From assembly GCA_023700245.1 (NCBI GenBank), contig JAJPRE010000001.1, forward strand, positions 68,807 to 132,806: 64,000 bases of DNA, read 5' to 3'. This DNA is from Candidatus Thalassarchaeaceae archaeon. GTDB taxonomy: Archaea > Thermoplasmatota > Poseidoniia > Poseidoniales > Thalassarchaeaceae. The translations under genes were made by a program, and so were the position numbers. Shown here piece after piece: positions 1-10,821 of this stretch; position 1 is the first letter of the stretch; each line of letters starts with the position of its first letter. The notes beneath the pieces were generated by a model. The model did not search any database and was not told the DNA's origin. It saw nothing but the letters and a program-made list of their open reading frames with translations.

Positions 1-33
1 GATGCTAATATATTAAAAAACTGAGGTGTAATA

Positions 34-2310
34 ATGGGGCAAAATAAACACGAATATCCTTTACTTTATCCTCTAATTCCATTATTATTACTAGTTCCAT
101 TGATGAAATTTGTATTTAAAATGGATTCATTCGATGCGGCTTTCCTAATTGTTTTAGTTCCTCTGTTGACCTTCCCAACAATTCTTATTGTTGGTCAAAT
201 ATTTAATAAAAATGATACTTGGAAAGAAAAATACAAAGAAGGAGGCATCATTGCTCTAGGTTCTCTAGGAATCGCTCTATCTGTAACTTTATGGATACTG
301 ATTGATTATCTATCAGGTACCTTAAATTTTTCTAATCTGACTGTTATTGAATGGTTCCAGTGGATTTCCTTTGATTTTCTTCAATCTGATTATACTATAA
401 ATCCTGAACGTAGAATTATTGGCGTTGGCATCTGGATTGATTCAATAAGTCTAATGATATTATTTGTGGCAACTTTCCTATGTTTTCTAATTTGCTGGTT
501 TAGCATGGGTTACATGAATACAGATCCAATAAATGAAGATAGAAACCATCGTTTTTACGCCGAATTTGTACTTTTTAGTATGGGTATGTTCGGCATGGTT
601 TTGGCTGATAGTTTCTTGTGGTTATTTATTTTCTGGGAAATAATGGGACTCTGTTCTTATCTCTTAATAGGATTTTATTATTGGAAAGTAAGTGCTGCCT
701 ACGCTGCTAAAAAAGCATTCTTAACTACAAGGATTGGAGATGTTTTCTTGATGGTTGGTTTATTTATTTTGTATGATATTTATGGTTCACTAAGCTTTGA
801 GGTAATTTTTGAAGATCCATCTACTGGAGTTGCAGGGGCATTAGTTGATTCTAATCAACTATTTTGGGCATTATTACTTTTATTCGTTGGAGCAGTTGGA
901 AAATCTGCTCAATTTCCATTACATGTATGGTTACCTGATGCAATGGAAGGTCCAACGCCTGTATCTGCTTTAATCCATGCAGCTACAATGGTAAATGCAG
1001 GCCTATATCTTGTAGCAAGAATGGTTCCATTTTTCGATGTTCACCATCATGGATTAGCAGGATTAGAAAATTTAGGAATAATTATAGCATTTATAGGGGG
1101 AATAACTGCGTTCATGGCCGCTTCAATAGCCTTTGTTCAAAATGATATAAAGAAAGTTCTTGCATATTCAACAATGAGTCAATTAGCATACATATTTACT
1201 GGATTAGGTGTAGCTTTATGGTTTTACAATACTGACCATCACCATGCGGCAGCTATTGCGTTTGGCGCCTCTATGTTCCATCTTTTCAATCATGCAATGG
1301 CCAAAGGAATGTTATTCATGGCCAGCGGATCCGTAATTCATGAAGTTCATCATGCACATGATCACATTCATGATGCTGCTAATGGGCATGATTTTGACCC
1401 TCAAGATATGCGAAATATGGGCGGCCTAGCTTCTAAGATGCCCATTACTGCGACAGCAATGATGTTTGGATCAATGTCTATTATCGGTGTCCCGTTGATA
1501 GGAGGATTCTGGTCAAAAGAAGGAATAATAGCTGAAACTTGGAAGGCTGCATTGGAAGAAGAACCTTTGATGTTCTTCCCTGCTATTCTAATTTTAGCAA
1601 CTGCCGGTATGACGGGATTCTACATGTCAAGAATGTGGTTAATGACTTTTGCAGGCGAACCTAAGAGTGATGTAGTAAATCATGTACATGAATCAACGCC
1701 TTGGATTCGCGAACCTCTATTGATTTTGACGGCAATTACGGCATTAGGTGGATTCATATTAGCATTATTCGGTGCAATTGATTTCTTATCAAATAATACT
1801 GATCATCTGAAAATGCACGGTATTCTGGAAACTCTTGAGCACGCCTTCTTGCCTGAAGATTTGAACACAAGATTGATTGGTTGGACAACTATTGTATTAT
1901 CTTTCATAATAGGCCCAATTATGGCTGCTAGGGTACATGGAGGCAGCCTTAAAGATGGAGAAAAGGCAATACAACCCATAGGATTCCTCGTAACTCTCTC
2001 AGGAAAATTTGGCACCCAAGATGTTGAGGAATTATCTAAATCTCAATTATCAGAAGCGTTACAGAATAGATTGTATTTCGATAATATGTATGAATATGTT
2101 ATTTCTAAGACCATAATACCTTTTGCTAATATGTTGGCATGGTTTGATAGGGCTATAATTGATGGCATCATAAAACAAATTGAATCAAAATCTGTTCTGG
2201 GTTCTTTGCAAGTTAGGAGAGTTACAACTGGAAGTGCAAGAGATTATATTCTCATGGCTGCAGTCGGAATGCTCTCAATATTTGTATTAATATGGGGGGT
2301 GAATGCTTGA
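34..2310 (+). CDS. nuoL: NADH-quinone oxidoreductase (complex I) subunit L, antiporter-like
   Basis: 758-aa polytopic ORF with NuoL/ND5 signature QFPLHVWLPDAMEGPTPVSALIHAATMVNAG. In-frame TGA at 22-24 and GAGGTG SD at 23-28 fix ATG 34. First of three consecutive antiporter-like subunits. Confidence 0.9.
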   Translation: MGQNKHEYPLLYPLIPLLLLVPLMKFVFKMDSFDAAFLIVLVPLLTFPTILIVGQIFNKNDTWKEKYKEGGIIALGSLGIALSVTLWILIDYLSGTLNFSNLTVIEWFQWISFDFLQSDYTINPERRIIGVGIWIDSISLMILFVATFLCFLICWFSMGYMNTDPINEDRNHRFYAEFVLFSMGMFGMVLADSFLWLFIFWEIMGLCSYLLIGFYYWKVSAAYAAKKAFLTTRIGDVFLMVGLFILYDIYGSLSFEVIFEDPSTGVAGALVDSNQLFWALLLLFVGAVGKSAQFPLHVWLPDAMEGPTPVSALIHAATMVNAGLYLVARMVPFFDVHHHGLAGLENLGIIIAFIGGITAFMAASIAFVQNDIKKVLAYSTMSQLAYIFTGLGVALWFYNTDHHHAAAIAFGASMFHLFNHAMAKGMLFMASGSVIHEVHHAHDHIHDAANGHDFDPQDMRNMGGLASKMPITATAMMFGSMSIIGVPLIGGFWSKEGIIAETWKAALEEEPLMFFPAILILATAGMTGFYMSRMWLMTFAGEPKSDVVNHVHESTPWIREPLLILTAITALGGFILALFGAIDFLSNNTDHLKMHGILETLEHAFLPEDLNTRLIGWTTIVLSFIIGPIMAARVHGGSLKDGEKAIQPIGFLVTLSGKFGTQDVEELSKSQLSEALQNRLYFDNMYEYVISKTIIPFANMLAWFDRAIIDGIIKQIESKSVLGSLQVRRVTTGSARDYILMAAVGMLSIFVLIWGVNA

Positions 2311-3944
2311 GTTTGGATATATTGACCATCATGGCCATTTCTCCAATATTTACTGGTATTATTTTGCTGTTAATGCCTCAAATATTGCCAAAAGATGTTG
2401 CATCTAATTTTGAAAAGGTGACACGAAATATTAGCATGGGAATAGCGTTAGGCATTTTACTAATAGCTACTATGTTATTTTTTGGTACGATTGGATCAAT
2501 AGATTGGACTGCTATTATGCAAGGGGATTATGTTCTAAAAAACGATCAATTTTCACTTATTCCATCAATTGGAGTTCAATGGAAAGTGGGTGCGGATGCA
2601 CTATCATTTCCAATGATTTGGCTTACAGCCTTACTAATTCCAATATCAATGTTGGTTGAATGGGATGCAAAAAGGGGACATTTATTCCATCCGTTATTAC
2701 TAATCCTGGAAGGTGCCTTATTGGGAGTGTTCATTACCTTAGATTTATTCATGTTTTATGTATTTTGGGAACTAACGCTCATTCCTATGTTTTTACTTAT
2801 TCTAGTCTGGGGAGGAGATGATAGAAAGTATGCTGCAATGAAATTCTTCATTTATACATTTACAGCAAGTGTTTTCATGCTTATTGGAATCTTAATAATG
2901 TATTTCCATACAGATTCAATTGCTGGACCTATAGGGACCATGACTGGCCATCATTTCGATCTGGTAGCAATGACTGGTCAAACTAATTTAATTCCGAGTG
3001 AAGGTTTGAGGCATTTTGTTTGGATACTTCTCCTAATAGGATTTGCCACAAAGATGCCAAGTGTACCAGTTCATACTTGGCTTCCTGATGCTCACGTTCA
3101 GGCACCTACGGCAGGATCAATGTTGCTTGCTGGTGTAATGCTAAAAATGGGGGCTTATGGATTCCTTAGAATAGCAGTAACTATATTTCCAGAGTCAACC
3201 GTAGTTTTCATCCCCTTATTGATTTTCTTGGGCATGGCGAGCCTAGTTTACGGCGCATGGGTATGTATGGGGCAAACCAATCTAAAAAGAATGGTGGCTT
3301 ATTCTTCTGTTTCACACATGGGATTAATTTTCCTAGGTATTGCTACAATGCAACCTTTAGGTATCGCAGGAGCATTATTTATGATGTTTGCACATGGGAT
3401 AATCAGTCCTTTATTATTCGCCGTTGCCGGAGCTTTCAAACATCACTACCATACTCTTGAAATCGGATCAATGAGGGGAATAGCACATCATTCTCCTTAT
3501 CTATCAGGCCATATGATGTTGGGTTGGATGGCCAGTCTTGGACTCCCATTAATGGCAGGTTTCGTAGCTGAAGTTGCAATTTTAATAGCATTCTGGATTG
3601 AATTTGGTTGGTTAGTTATGCTGCCTGCTCTAACCTTAATAATAACTGCAACATACTATCTAACTTCAATGCAAAAAACAATATTTGAATCCGATGATCC
3701 ACACCAAGGTAAACTTCCAGATAGTTTAGATGGTGAAAAACCAAGAGACATTACTTGGCATGAAAATACTGGTATGTTTATATTAGGTGTTTTAACAATT
3801 TTATTCGGGATATTCCCTTTCATTTTTTGGGACATGATGTCATCTTGGAGTACGGGTTTTGTCTCCGATGTATTGATCGACGCAATGCATAATAAAGATA
3901 AATGGAATTCAAGTATTGAATGGCTAGTGGAGGTGTTAAAATAA
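2292..3944 (+). CDS. nuoM: NADH-quinone oxidoreductase subunit M
   Basis: 550-aa polytopic ORF with NuoM/ND4 signature HTWLPDAHVQAPTAGSMLLAGVMLKMG. Start is ambiguous: ATG 2292, TTG 2307 (TTGA overlap with the nuoL stop, just after GGGGGTGA) or ATG 2331. Confidence 0.9.
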   Translation: MGGECLSLDILTIMAISPIFTGIILLLMPQILPKDVASNFEKVTRNISMGIALGILLIATMLFFGTIGSIDWTAIMQGDYVLKNDQFSLIPSIGVQWKVGADALSFPMIWLTALLIPISMLVEWDAKRGHLFHPLLLILEGALLGVFITLDLFMFYVFWELTLIPMFLLILVWGGDDRKYAAMKFFIYTFTASVFMLIGILIMYFHTDSIAGPIGTMTGHHFDLVAMTGQTNLIPSEGLRHFVWILLLIGFATKMPSVPVHTWLPDAHVQAPTAGSMLLAGVMLKMGAYGFLRIAVTIFPESTVVFIPLLIFLGMASLVYGAWVCMGQTNLKRMVAYSSVSHMGLIFLGIATMQPLGIAGALFMMFAHGIISPLLFAVAGAFKHHYHTLEIGSMRGIAHHSPYLSGHMMLGWMASLGLPLMAGFVAEVAILIAFWIEFGWLVMLPALTLIITATYYLTSMQKTIFESDDPHQGKLPDSLDGEKPRDITWHENTGMFILGVLTILFGIFPFIFWDMMSSWSTGFVSDVLIDAMHNKDKWNSSIEWLVEVLK

Positions 3945-5629
3945 ATACATTAAACGATATATCTTTAGATATTTTAATTCCTGAAATTATAATGACTATC
4001 GGGATGTTAATGATCATAATAATTCCTAATATGGGGGATGCAAAAATTAGATTACCACTTTCAAAGATTCATATTCCGATTCTTATAGGTGGAACTAGAT
4101 TTACCCAAGTCAACAATCCCATAATTCCGAGTATCATATCTATAATTACATTTGGTTTAGCTTCTCTTATGTCATTATGGATGTTATTAAATGATAATAC
4201 TGGTGTTATGGAACCTATTATCGAGGTTAATCAATTTACAAGTCTATTTTCAATGATATTCACATTTGCTCTATTACTTACATCTATTTCATCATTATAT
4301 CGTCTACCTTCACAGGCCAATGCAAAAATACCTGACGATAGCGATTCAGAGGAATCACTCAATTCTAAAATTACAATTCTTATGAATAACCGACGTCAAG
4401 TAGATTTCTACATCTTATTATTGATGGCTGGATTAGGAATGTGCTTAGTTGCTAAATCAACTCATTTATTCATGCTTTTTGTTTGTTTAGAATTGGCATC
4501 TTTATCTTCTTATGTTTTAGTTGCTTTTAACAAAGAAAGTGCAATTGGCGGAGAGGCCGGTACAAAATATTTCATTGTGGGTTCTGTTGCTTCAGCCATT
4601 GGAATTTACGGCATGTCTCTTTTGTATATTTGGAATGGTAATCTTGAGATTTCATCACTAACTAATGCTTGGTCACAAATGGATTCCCTGGATCCGTTTG
4701 CCGGGATAGGGATTGGACTAATGTTAGTAGCATTCGGTTTCAAAGTAGGGGCGGCTCCATTTCACTTGGCAACTCCTGATGCATATTCAGGAGCATCTTC
4801 TCCAATTGCAGGACTTTTAGCTACAGCATCGAAAGCTATGGGCTTTGTAGCAATGATGAGAATCCTACTAATTATCACAATTCCAGAAAATGGTGAAGAA
4901 GCGTATTGGATGATTGCATTAGCAATCATATCTGTAATAACAATGACCTGGGGAAATTTTGCGGCTCTTACTAGTACTAATCCCAAGAGAATGCTGGCTT
5001 ATTCAAGCGTAGCACATGCAGGATATATGCTGGCGGCCCTAGCTGCCATTGGTACTGGTTTGGGAGATGAACAATCTAACGCCCTAATTCTAACTGCGAT
5101 TATCTTCCATTTAACCATATTAGTTCTCTTTAAATTTGGTGCATTTATGGTATTAACTTTAATTGAAAATGAAGGGAACAGTCACAACATGTCTGGTCTG
5201 CATGGATTAGCACGTAGGGATCCCATTATTGCTTCTTCAATGTTTATCTTCATGCTTTCTTTGGCGGGCGTACCTCCTCTTTCTGGATTCCTATCAAAAT
5301 TATTGATGATAAATGGAATAGTGAATATATCTGCTGGTACCGGAAGTATGGCCTCAGTAGCTATTTGGTCATGGGCTTCAAGTGTAAATATGATTTTCTG
5401 GCTAGCAATGGCTATTGTCATAAATAGTGCAATATCACTTTTCTATTACCTAAGAGTTGTTATGATTATGTTCTTTGAAGATCCTATTACGAATAAACCA
5501 CTAGCAAGATCACTTTATCTAAGGTTGATAATAATATTCTGTGCAGTGTTGACATTATTATTTGGCATAGGTCCATTATCAGAATCATTAATTGAAACTG
5601 TCAATGAAGCCGCTCAATCTTTCCTTTAA
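3920..5629 (+). CDS. nuoN: NADH-quinone oxidoreductase subunit N
   Basis: 569-aa polytopic ORF with NuoN/ND2-like signature AAPFHLATPDAYSGASSPIAGLL. ATG overlaps the nuoM 3-prime end by 25 nt. Confidence 0.85.
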   Translation: MASGGVKINTLNDISLDILIPEIIMTIGMLMIIIIPNMGDAKIRLPLSKIHIPILIGGTRFTQVNNPIIPSIISIITFGLASLMSLWMLLNDNTGVMEPIIEVNQFTSLFSMIFTFALLLTSISSLYRLPSQANAKIPDDSDSEESLNSKITILMNNRRQVDFYILLLMAGLGMCLVAKSTHLFMLFVCLELASLSSYVLVAFNKESAIGGEAGTKYFIVGSVASAIGIYGMSLLYIWNGNLEISSLTNAWSQMDSLDPFAGIGIGLMLVAFGFKVGAAPFHLATPDAYSGASSPIAGLLATASKAMGFVAMMRILLIITIPENGEEAYWMIALAIISVITMTWGNFAALTSTNPKRMLAYSSVAHAGYMLAALAAIGTGLGDEQSNALILTAIIFHLTILVLFKFGAFMVLTLIENEGNSHNMSGLHGLARRDPIIASSMFIFMLSLAGVPPLSGFLSKLLMINGIVNISAGTGSMASVAIWSWASSVNMIFWLAMAIVINSAISLFYYLRVVMIMFFEDPITNKPLARSLYLRLIIIFCAVLTLLFGIGPLSESLIETVNEAAQSFL

Positions 5630-5679
5630 GTTAAATAAATGATGCCCAACTTCACATAGGTGACTCTCGACCGGGACAT

Positions 5680-6213
5680 GTGGCACGTAGGGAAGAGAAA
5701 GTTGATGCTGAACTTCTTGCTCGTTTAGAATCAGGTACCGGGGACCGTATCAGAGTACCTTTGCCAAACAGAAAAGTCAATGAGATGTTCGCAATAGCTG
5801 ACCAGATTCTTGGTGGACGTAGGGTACGTTCTGTATGTGAAGACGGACAGACTCGTTTAGCAAGAATTCCAGGAAAAATGCGTAGAAGGCAATGGGTAAG
5901 GGAAGGAGATCTAATTACATTACAACCATGGGAATTCCAAGATGAAAAAGCAAATGTATGCATGAGATACACTAAAACACAATCATTATATCTATCAAGA
6001 AAAGGAGTTTTGCCAGAAATTGTCGATGTGTTTGGAATGTCTGATGATAACAAATCAAACTCTGCTGCGAAAGAAGTAATCGAAGAAACAAATCAAGATG
6101 AAACTTTAGATAATGAAGAACAGATGGGTACTGAGGAAATAGAAGAAAAACCAAATATTACCTTTCCAGTATCCAAGGATGCAGATGATGATATCGACTC
6201 ATTCTTTGGGTGA
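5680..6213 (+). CDS. eif1a: Translation initiation factor aIF-1A with long acidic C-terminal tail
   Basis: GTG is the first start codon after in-frame TAA 5632-5634. OB-fold core RIRVPLPNRKVNEMFAIADQILGGRRVRSVCEDGQTRLARIPGKMRRRQWVREGD...RYTKTQ matches aIF-1A/eIF1A. About 57 extra acidic residues follow at the C-terminus. Confidence 0.9.
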   Translation: MARREEKVDAELLARLESGTGDRIRVPLPNRKVNEMFAIADQILGGRRVRSVCEDGQTRLARIPGKMRRRQWVREGDLITLQPWEFQDEKANVCMRYTKTQSLYLSRKGVLPEIVDVFGMSDDNKSNSAAKEVIEETNQDETLDNEEQMGTEEIEEKPNITFPVSKDADDDIDSFFG

Positions 6214-6219
6214 GATTCA

Positions 6220-7104
6220 ATGACTGAGAAAAAAGAATGGGACTTGGAGCCTGATTTTGACACTCTCATGAAAGGTGAGAAAAGGCATGAATGGATATCT
6301 GAACCTAGATTTAAGAAGTTATTCAATGAAGTTGAACATGGTTTACAAGGAGTAATGGGTAAAGGCCGTTATGAATGGGTCGATCGGAGAGTTTTTGATC
6401 AGGTTTTTGATAGTTCAACATTATTGGCTATTCATAAATTAATGCAAAAAGGAGATATTGAAACAATCGAATACCCAATTGCGAGAGGTAAAGAGGCCCA
6501 CGTTTTCTATGCTACTAGTAATCAAGGGCCAGTTGCTGTAAAGATATTCCATACTACAAATGCAGTATTCAAAAGTTTAGCCAAATATATAGATGGAGAT
6601 CCTAGATTTGGAGGATTATCGCGCCGTCATAGAGAATTAGTGAATATATGGGTACGTAAAGAATATAGGAACTTGAAAAGAATGAGAAAGAGTGGATTGC
6701 AGGCACCAATGCCTATTGCACATTTCAAAAATGTACTAATAATGGAGTTTATTGGAGAAGAAAAAGCCAGCCCACGGCTTAGAGATGTTACATTAGATGA
6801 TCCTTATGATGTTTTTATCCAACTTCTAGATATAATCGCAATAAACTGGCAATCTTGTAATCTAGTTCATGCTGATTTTAGTGAGTACAATATTTTATTA
6901 AAAAATGATGATATTTGGATAATAGATGTAGGCCAAGCTGTTACTAATCAACATCCAAATGCTGAAGAGTTCCTAGTTAGAGATATTACTAGGATTGTTG
7001 AATGGATTAATAGGCAAGGTTTCGATGCCAAGGTGGCAGATTGTTTGGTTAGAGTTTTAGATGACCCGGTCCCAATTTTGTCACCTCTTCCGGGCGGGGA
7101 TTAA
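6220..7104 (+). CDS. rio1: RIO-type serine/threonine protein kinase (Rio1-like)
   Basis: RIO motifs ARGKEAHVF, VHADFSEYNILL and IIDVGQAV. Sits in the classic archaeal aIF1A-Rio-KH gene order. GGGTGAG SD-like sequence lies before the ATG. Confidence 0.85.
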   Translation: MTEKKEWDLEPDFDTLMKGEKRHEWISEPRFKKLFNEVEHGLQGVMGKGRYEWVDRRVFDQVFDSSTLLAIHKLMQKGDIETIEYPIARGKEAHVFYATSNQGPVAVKIFHTTNAVFKSLAKYIDGDPRFGGLSRRHRELVNIWVRKEYRNLKRMRKSGLQAPMPIAHFKNVLIMEFIGEEKASPRLRDVTLDDPYDVFIQLLDIIAINWQSCNLVHADFSEYNILLKNDDIWIIDVGQAVTNQHPNAEEFLVRDITRIVEWINRQGFDAKVADCLVRVLDDPVPILSPLPGGD

Positions 7105-7129
7105 ATCTAATGACGTTCTGACAACATGC

Positions 7130-7861
7130 ATGGAGCATCTAGCGCGTATACCAAAAGATCGCATAGCAGTACTTATTGGTAAACGTGGAACTACTAGAAA
7201 GATGATAGAAAATGCCTGTAATGGTAAATTGACTATAGATTCATTATCTGGAGAAGTCAATATAATTTGGAATGAGCAAGTAGGCGATCCTATAGTAAGA
7301 ATGAAAATGCCCGATGTGATAATGTCAATAGGAAGAGGTTTGGCACCAAAAAGGGCATTACAATTAATTGAAGATGATATATTTCTCAGAATGTATGATA
7401 TTAGAGAATGGGTTGGCAGACAACCAAATCAAATAAGAAGAATGAGAAGCCGATTAATAGGTACTAATGGAAGAATTAGAAGCCTTATTGAAGAATTATC
7501 GGGATGTGAAATAGCAATATATGGTTCAAGCGTTTTAATTATTGGAGATAGTGAAGGTTTAGCGGTTTCTGCACCTGCAATTGAAGGTATTCTCAGAGGT
7601 TCTGAACATGGCACGGTATTACATGGGTTAGAGCAGGATAGGAAAAGACAACGAATACAATCAAGAAGTCTAGAATCATTTCAAGATAAATCTGAAGAAT
7701 CACCATCCGGCTTTGACGTATTGGTTCCCGGTCTTGCAGACGCACGTAGAAAAGCGGAACGTAAGTTTACAAATTCACAAGTTAGTCTAGATAATGGCGA
7801 AGAGATTTCAGATATGTTGAAGCTTGCAGAAGATGAAGAAATAGTGTACGAAGAAGAATAA
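7130..7861 (+). CDS. KH-domain RNA-binding protein (archaeal Dim2/Pno1-like)
   Basis: Two KH GXXG loops (IGKRGTTRKMIE, LIGTNGRIRSLIEE) and an acidic tail ending IVYEEE. ATG 7130, after the rio stop at 7104, is preferred over track start 7061. Confidence 0.75.
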   Translation: MEHLARIPKDRIAVLIGKRGTTRKMIENACNGKLTIDSLSGEVNIIWNEQVGDPIVRMKMPDVIMSIGRGLAPKRALQLIEDDIFLRMYDIREWVGRQPNQIRRMRSRLIGTNGRIRSLIEELSGCEIAIYGSSVLIIGDSEGLAVSAPAIEGILRGSEHGTVLHGLEQDRKRQRIQSRSLESFQDKSEESPSGFDVLVPGLADARRKAERKFTNSQVSLDNGEEISDMLKLAEDEEIVYEEE

Positions 7862-7903
7862 AAAAACCGCCATATCTAAGCGGAGAAACTCTTCGCCTGA
7901 ACC

Positions 7904-9184
7904 ATGCCTAATCATTTAGAAGAGTTGTATGATTATGAAAAGTTATCAATTAATATAATTTTAGCCTCTATAATAATATTTTCATTCGGCCTACTATTAA
8001 ACTTCTTAGATTTCCAAAATTTTCTTACTGATTTTATCTATGAATATTATCTTAATCCAATTTTAGCCGAGAAGACTTCAGATGCGGGATATAATTCTGT
8101 TAATACAATAACATATGCATTCATTTTAGCAATGTTTGTTGTCGCATTAGCTGCTTTCTTAAGATATTTTGATATTGATGCTAGTGAATATACTATAATA
8201 GCTCTATTTCCTTATGTTTTATGGGCTTCATTTGGAGAAGTTGTAGAAGATGCAAAAATGTTTGATGCTAGTTTGGCAGGATATTTTGTTAGCCCTGGGA
8301 TACATTTTCAGACTGCTATGTGGGTAATTTTATCTGGAGGGCTTGCATATTTAATAGCAAATAAATCCAAAGATGAGATAAGCCTCAAATCAGAATTAAA
8401 TACAATCTCTAGTTTGTTAATTTTTTCACAATTTATGATTTATTCTTGGTCAATTTCTAATAGTGATATTGTTATTGATAACGATATTAATATAGCGCCA
8501 CTAATGTTAATTGGTTTATTTGCAGTTTTTCTTCCACAAATATTAGATAAATCCCTATCTGCCTTTACTCCTGTTCAGAGAGTTGTATACTTGGTAGGAA
8601 TGGGAGGTTCTATGATCTTCTTTTCAGCGCTCGCTTCATATGCAATAAGCGTCCCATCTGAAGATTTAATATTATGGCCGTTGATAGTCGTTATCGGCCT
8701 TCCTTCCTTATTGGCATATTCGATGTATACTTATGGGGCATCATCCGCAAAAGAATTATCTAATAATGGATTAATAGCAGGCGTATTGCCAATCTCAATG
8801 ACTGAAGAAGAATATATTGAACTTAAATCTGATGAAAAAGATTTAATTGAAAAACTTAGAAAAAAGGCAATAGGGGCTTATCCTGTAGTATTCCTCGCCG
8901 TTGCTGGCCAATTACTTGATGGACTGGCAACATGGATCGGAATTGACTTTTTCTCATATTCTGAAAAACATGTTCTGTCTGCTTGGATAATAGAAAAGTT
9001 CGGCACTGCAGCTGGTTTCACCTTAATAAAATTAGGATTAGGTGGTTTGATATGGTACTTCTTTACTATTTCAAATTTTGAATATCGCCAACAGCATCTA
9101 AGATTATTAATTGGACTAGCTATGTTAGTTGTAGGAATGGCACCAGGATTAAGGGATGTTTTCCGATTATCATTAGGTGTTTAA
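7904..9184 (+). CDS. Polytopic membrane protein, DUF63-like
   Basis: 426 aa with many hydrophobic segments. The C-terminal block LLDGLATWIGIDFFSYSEKHVLS resembles the archaeal DUF63 family (from memory). Function unknown. Confidence 0.55.
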   Translation: MPNHLEELYDYEKLSINIILASIIIFSFGLLLNFLDFQNFLTDFIYEYYLNPILAEKTSDAGYNSVNTITYAFILAMFVVALAAFLRYFDIDASEYTIIALFPYVLWASFGEVVEDAKMFDASLAGYFVSPGIHFQTAMWVILSGGLAYLIANKSKDEISLKSELNTISSLLIFSQFMIYSWSISNSDIVIDNDINIAPLMLIGLFAVFLPQILDKSLSAFTPVQRVVYLVGMGGSMIFFSALASYAISVPSEDLILWPLIVVIGLPSLLAYSMYTYGASSAKELSNNGLIAGVLPISMTEEEYIELKSDEKDLIEKLRKKAIGAYPVVFLAVAGQLLDGLATWIGIDFFSYSEKHVLSAWIIEKFGTAAGFTLIKLGLGGLIWYFFTISNFEYRQQHLRLLIGLAMLVVGMAPGLRDVFRLSLGV

Positions 9185-9206
9185 ATCATACGAGGTGTAG
9201 AATCAA

Positions 9207-10817
9207 ATGGATATATTATCAACAAATATCGATATTAAAAGTGAAGATTTTGCAAGGAGAAAGGAAAACAATCTATCACTTATTGATGATTTAAATAAGC
9301 GATTAGCCCAAGTTAAACTAGGCGGAGGTGACAAGTATGTCGAACGCCATAGAAGTAGAAATAAGAAATTAGCAAGAGAAAGAATTTCAGATATCTGCGA
9401 TCCAGGGACTCCATTCTTGGAATTAGCACCACTCGCTGCTCATGATTTATATGATGGAAAAGCATATTCTGCGGGCATAGTAACTGGCATAGGCGTCATC
9501 AATGGGAAAGAATGCATGTTTGTTGCCAATGATGCTACAGTCAAAGGTGGGTCATATTATCCAATGACTGTTAAAAAGCATATTAGGGCACAAGAAATAG
9601 CTGAAGAAAACCACCTTACTTGTATTTATTTGGTTGATTCAGGAGGGGCCTTCCTTCCTATGCAAGACGAAGTATTCCCTGATAAACTTCATTTTGGGCG
9701 TATATTTAGAAATCAAGCAATATTATCTAGTAAAGGAATATCTCAGGTTGCTGCTGTACTTGGTTCATGTACTGCTGGAGGTGCTTATATTCCTGCGATG
9801 TCCGATGAATCAATAATTGTTAAAGGAAATGGAACTATTTTTCTTGCAGGGCCACCTTTAGTTAAATCCGCTACGGGCGAAGAAGTTTCTGCTGAAGATT
9901 TAGGAGGTGCTGATGTTCATACTCGAAAATCAGGCGTTGCTGATCATTTTGCTGAAGATGAGCAAAGTGCCTTAAGATTGGTGAGAGACATAGTTGAAAA
10001 TTTAAATATTAAGCCCAAACATAGATTAGATACTTCTGAATCTGAAAAACCAGTACATGATTCAGAAGAAATTTTAGGAATTATACCTACTGATAACAGA
10101 ACTACTTATGATGTAAGGGAAATAATATCTAGATTAGTCGACGGTTCTCGTTTTCATGAATTTAAAAATCGTTATGGTTCAACATTAGTATGTGGATTTG
10201 CCAAGATTCATGGATATCCTGTTGGAATTGTTGCAAATAATGGAATACTTTTTTCTGAATCATCATTGAAAGGAGCGCATTTTGTAGAGTTGTGCGGGCA
10301 ACGAGGAATTCCATTAGTATTCCTTCAAAATATAACTGGCTTCATGGTTGGCAGAGATGCAGAATCTGGTGGAATAGCCAAAGATGGTGCAAAGTTAGTG
10401 ACTGCAGTTTCTTGCGTACCTGTTCCAAAGTTTACAATAGTAATTGGAGGTTCACATGGTGCTGGGAACTATGGTATGTGCGGCCGTGCTTATGATCCAA
10501 GATTTCTTTTTATGTGGCCAAACTCTCGTATATCTGTGATGGGTGGCCCCCAAGCTGCGGATGTTCTAACGACAGTAAAGCAGGATCAAAGATCGAGAGA
10601 GAATAAGTTCCCTATGTCAGGTAATTCCTTGAATGAATTTAGAAACCCAATACTCGAAAAATACGAAACTGAAGGGTCACCATACTATTCCACGGCTAGA
10701 ATTTGGGATGATGGAATAATTGATCCGCGGGATACGCGTGATATATTGGGATTATGTATTTCTGCGAGTTTGAATGCTCCAATGCCAGAGCAGACCTATG
10801 GCGTTTTCAGGATGTGA
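9207..10817 (+). CDS. mccB: Methylcrotonyl-CoA carboxylase beta subunit (carboxyltransferase)
   Basis: MCC-beta hallmarks [54 protein letters not shown] and [24 protein letters not shown] at 9192-9197. Confidence 0.85.
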   Translation: MDILSTNIDIKSEDFARRKENNLSLIDDLNKRLAQVKLGGGDKYVERHRSRNKKLARERISDICDPGTPFLELAPLAAHDLYDGKAYSAGIVTGIGVINGKECMFVANDATVKGGSYYPMTVKKHIRAQEIAEENHLTCIYLVDSGGAFLPMQDEVFPDKLHFGRIFRNQAILSSKGISQVAAVLGSCTAGGAYIPAMSDESIIVKGNGTIFLAGPPLVKSATGEEVSAEDLGGADVHTRKSGVADHFAEDEQSALRLVRDIVENLNIKPKHRLDTSESEKPVHDSEEILGIIPTDNRTTYDVREIISRLVDGSRFHEFKNRYGSTLVCGFAKIHGYPVGIVANNGILFSESSLKGAHFVELCGQRGIPLVFLQNITGFMVGRDAESGGIAKDGAKLVTAVSCVPVPKFTIVIGGSHGAGNYGMCGRAYDPRFLFMWPNSRISVMGGPQAADVLTTVKQDQRSRENKFPMSGNSLNEFRNPILEKYETEGSPYYSTARIWDDGIIDPRDTRDILGLCISASLNAPMPEQTYGVFRM

Positions 10818-10821
10818 TATT

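Noticed and set aside
5652-6053. 133-aa minus-strand ORF antisense to aIF-1A.
   Set aside because: It lies entirely within the strongly supported aIF-1A gene. The sequence is Ser/Arg/Pro-rich, as expected for the antisense frame of a relatively GC-rich gene, with no motif or start signal.
7061-7129. KH-protein ORF overlapping the rio 3-prime end by 44 nt.
   Set aside because: ATG 7130 lies after the rio stop and directly precedes the first KH domain. The upstream extension has no conserved-looking sequence.
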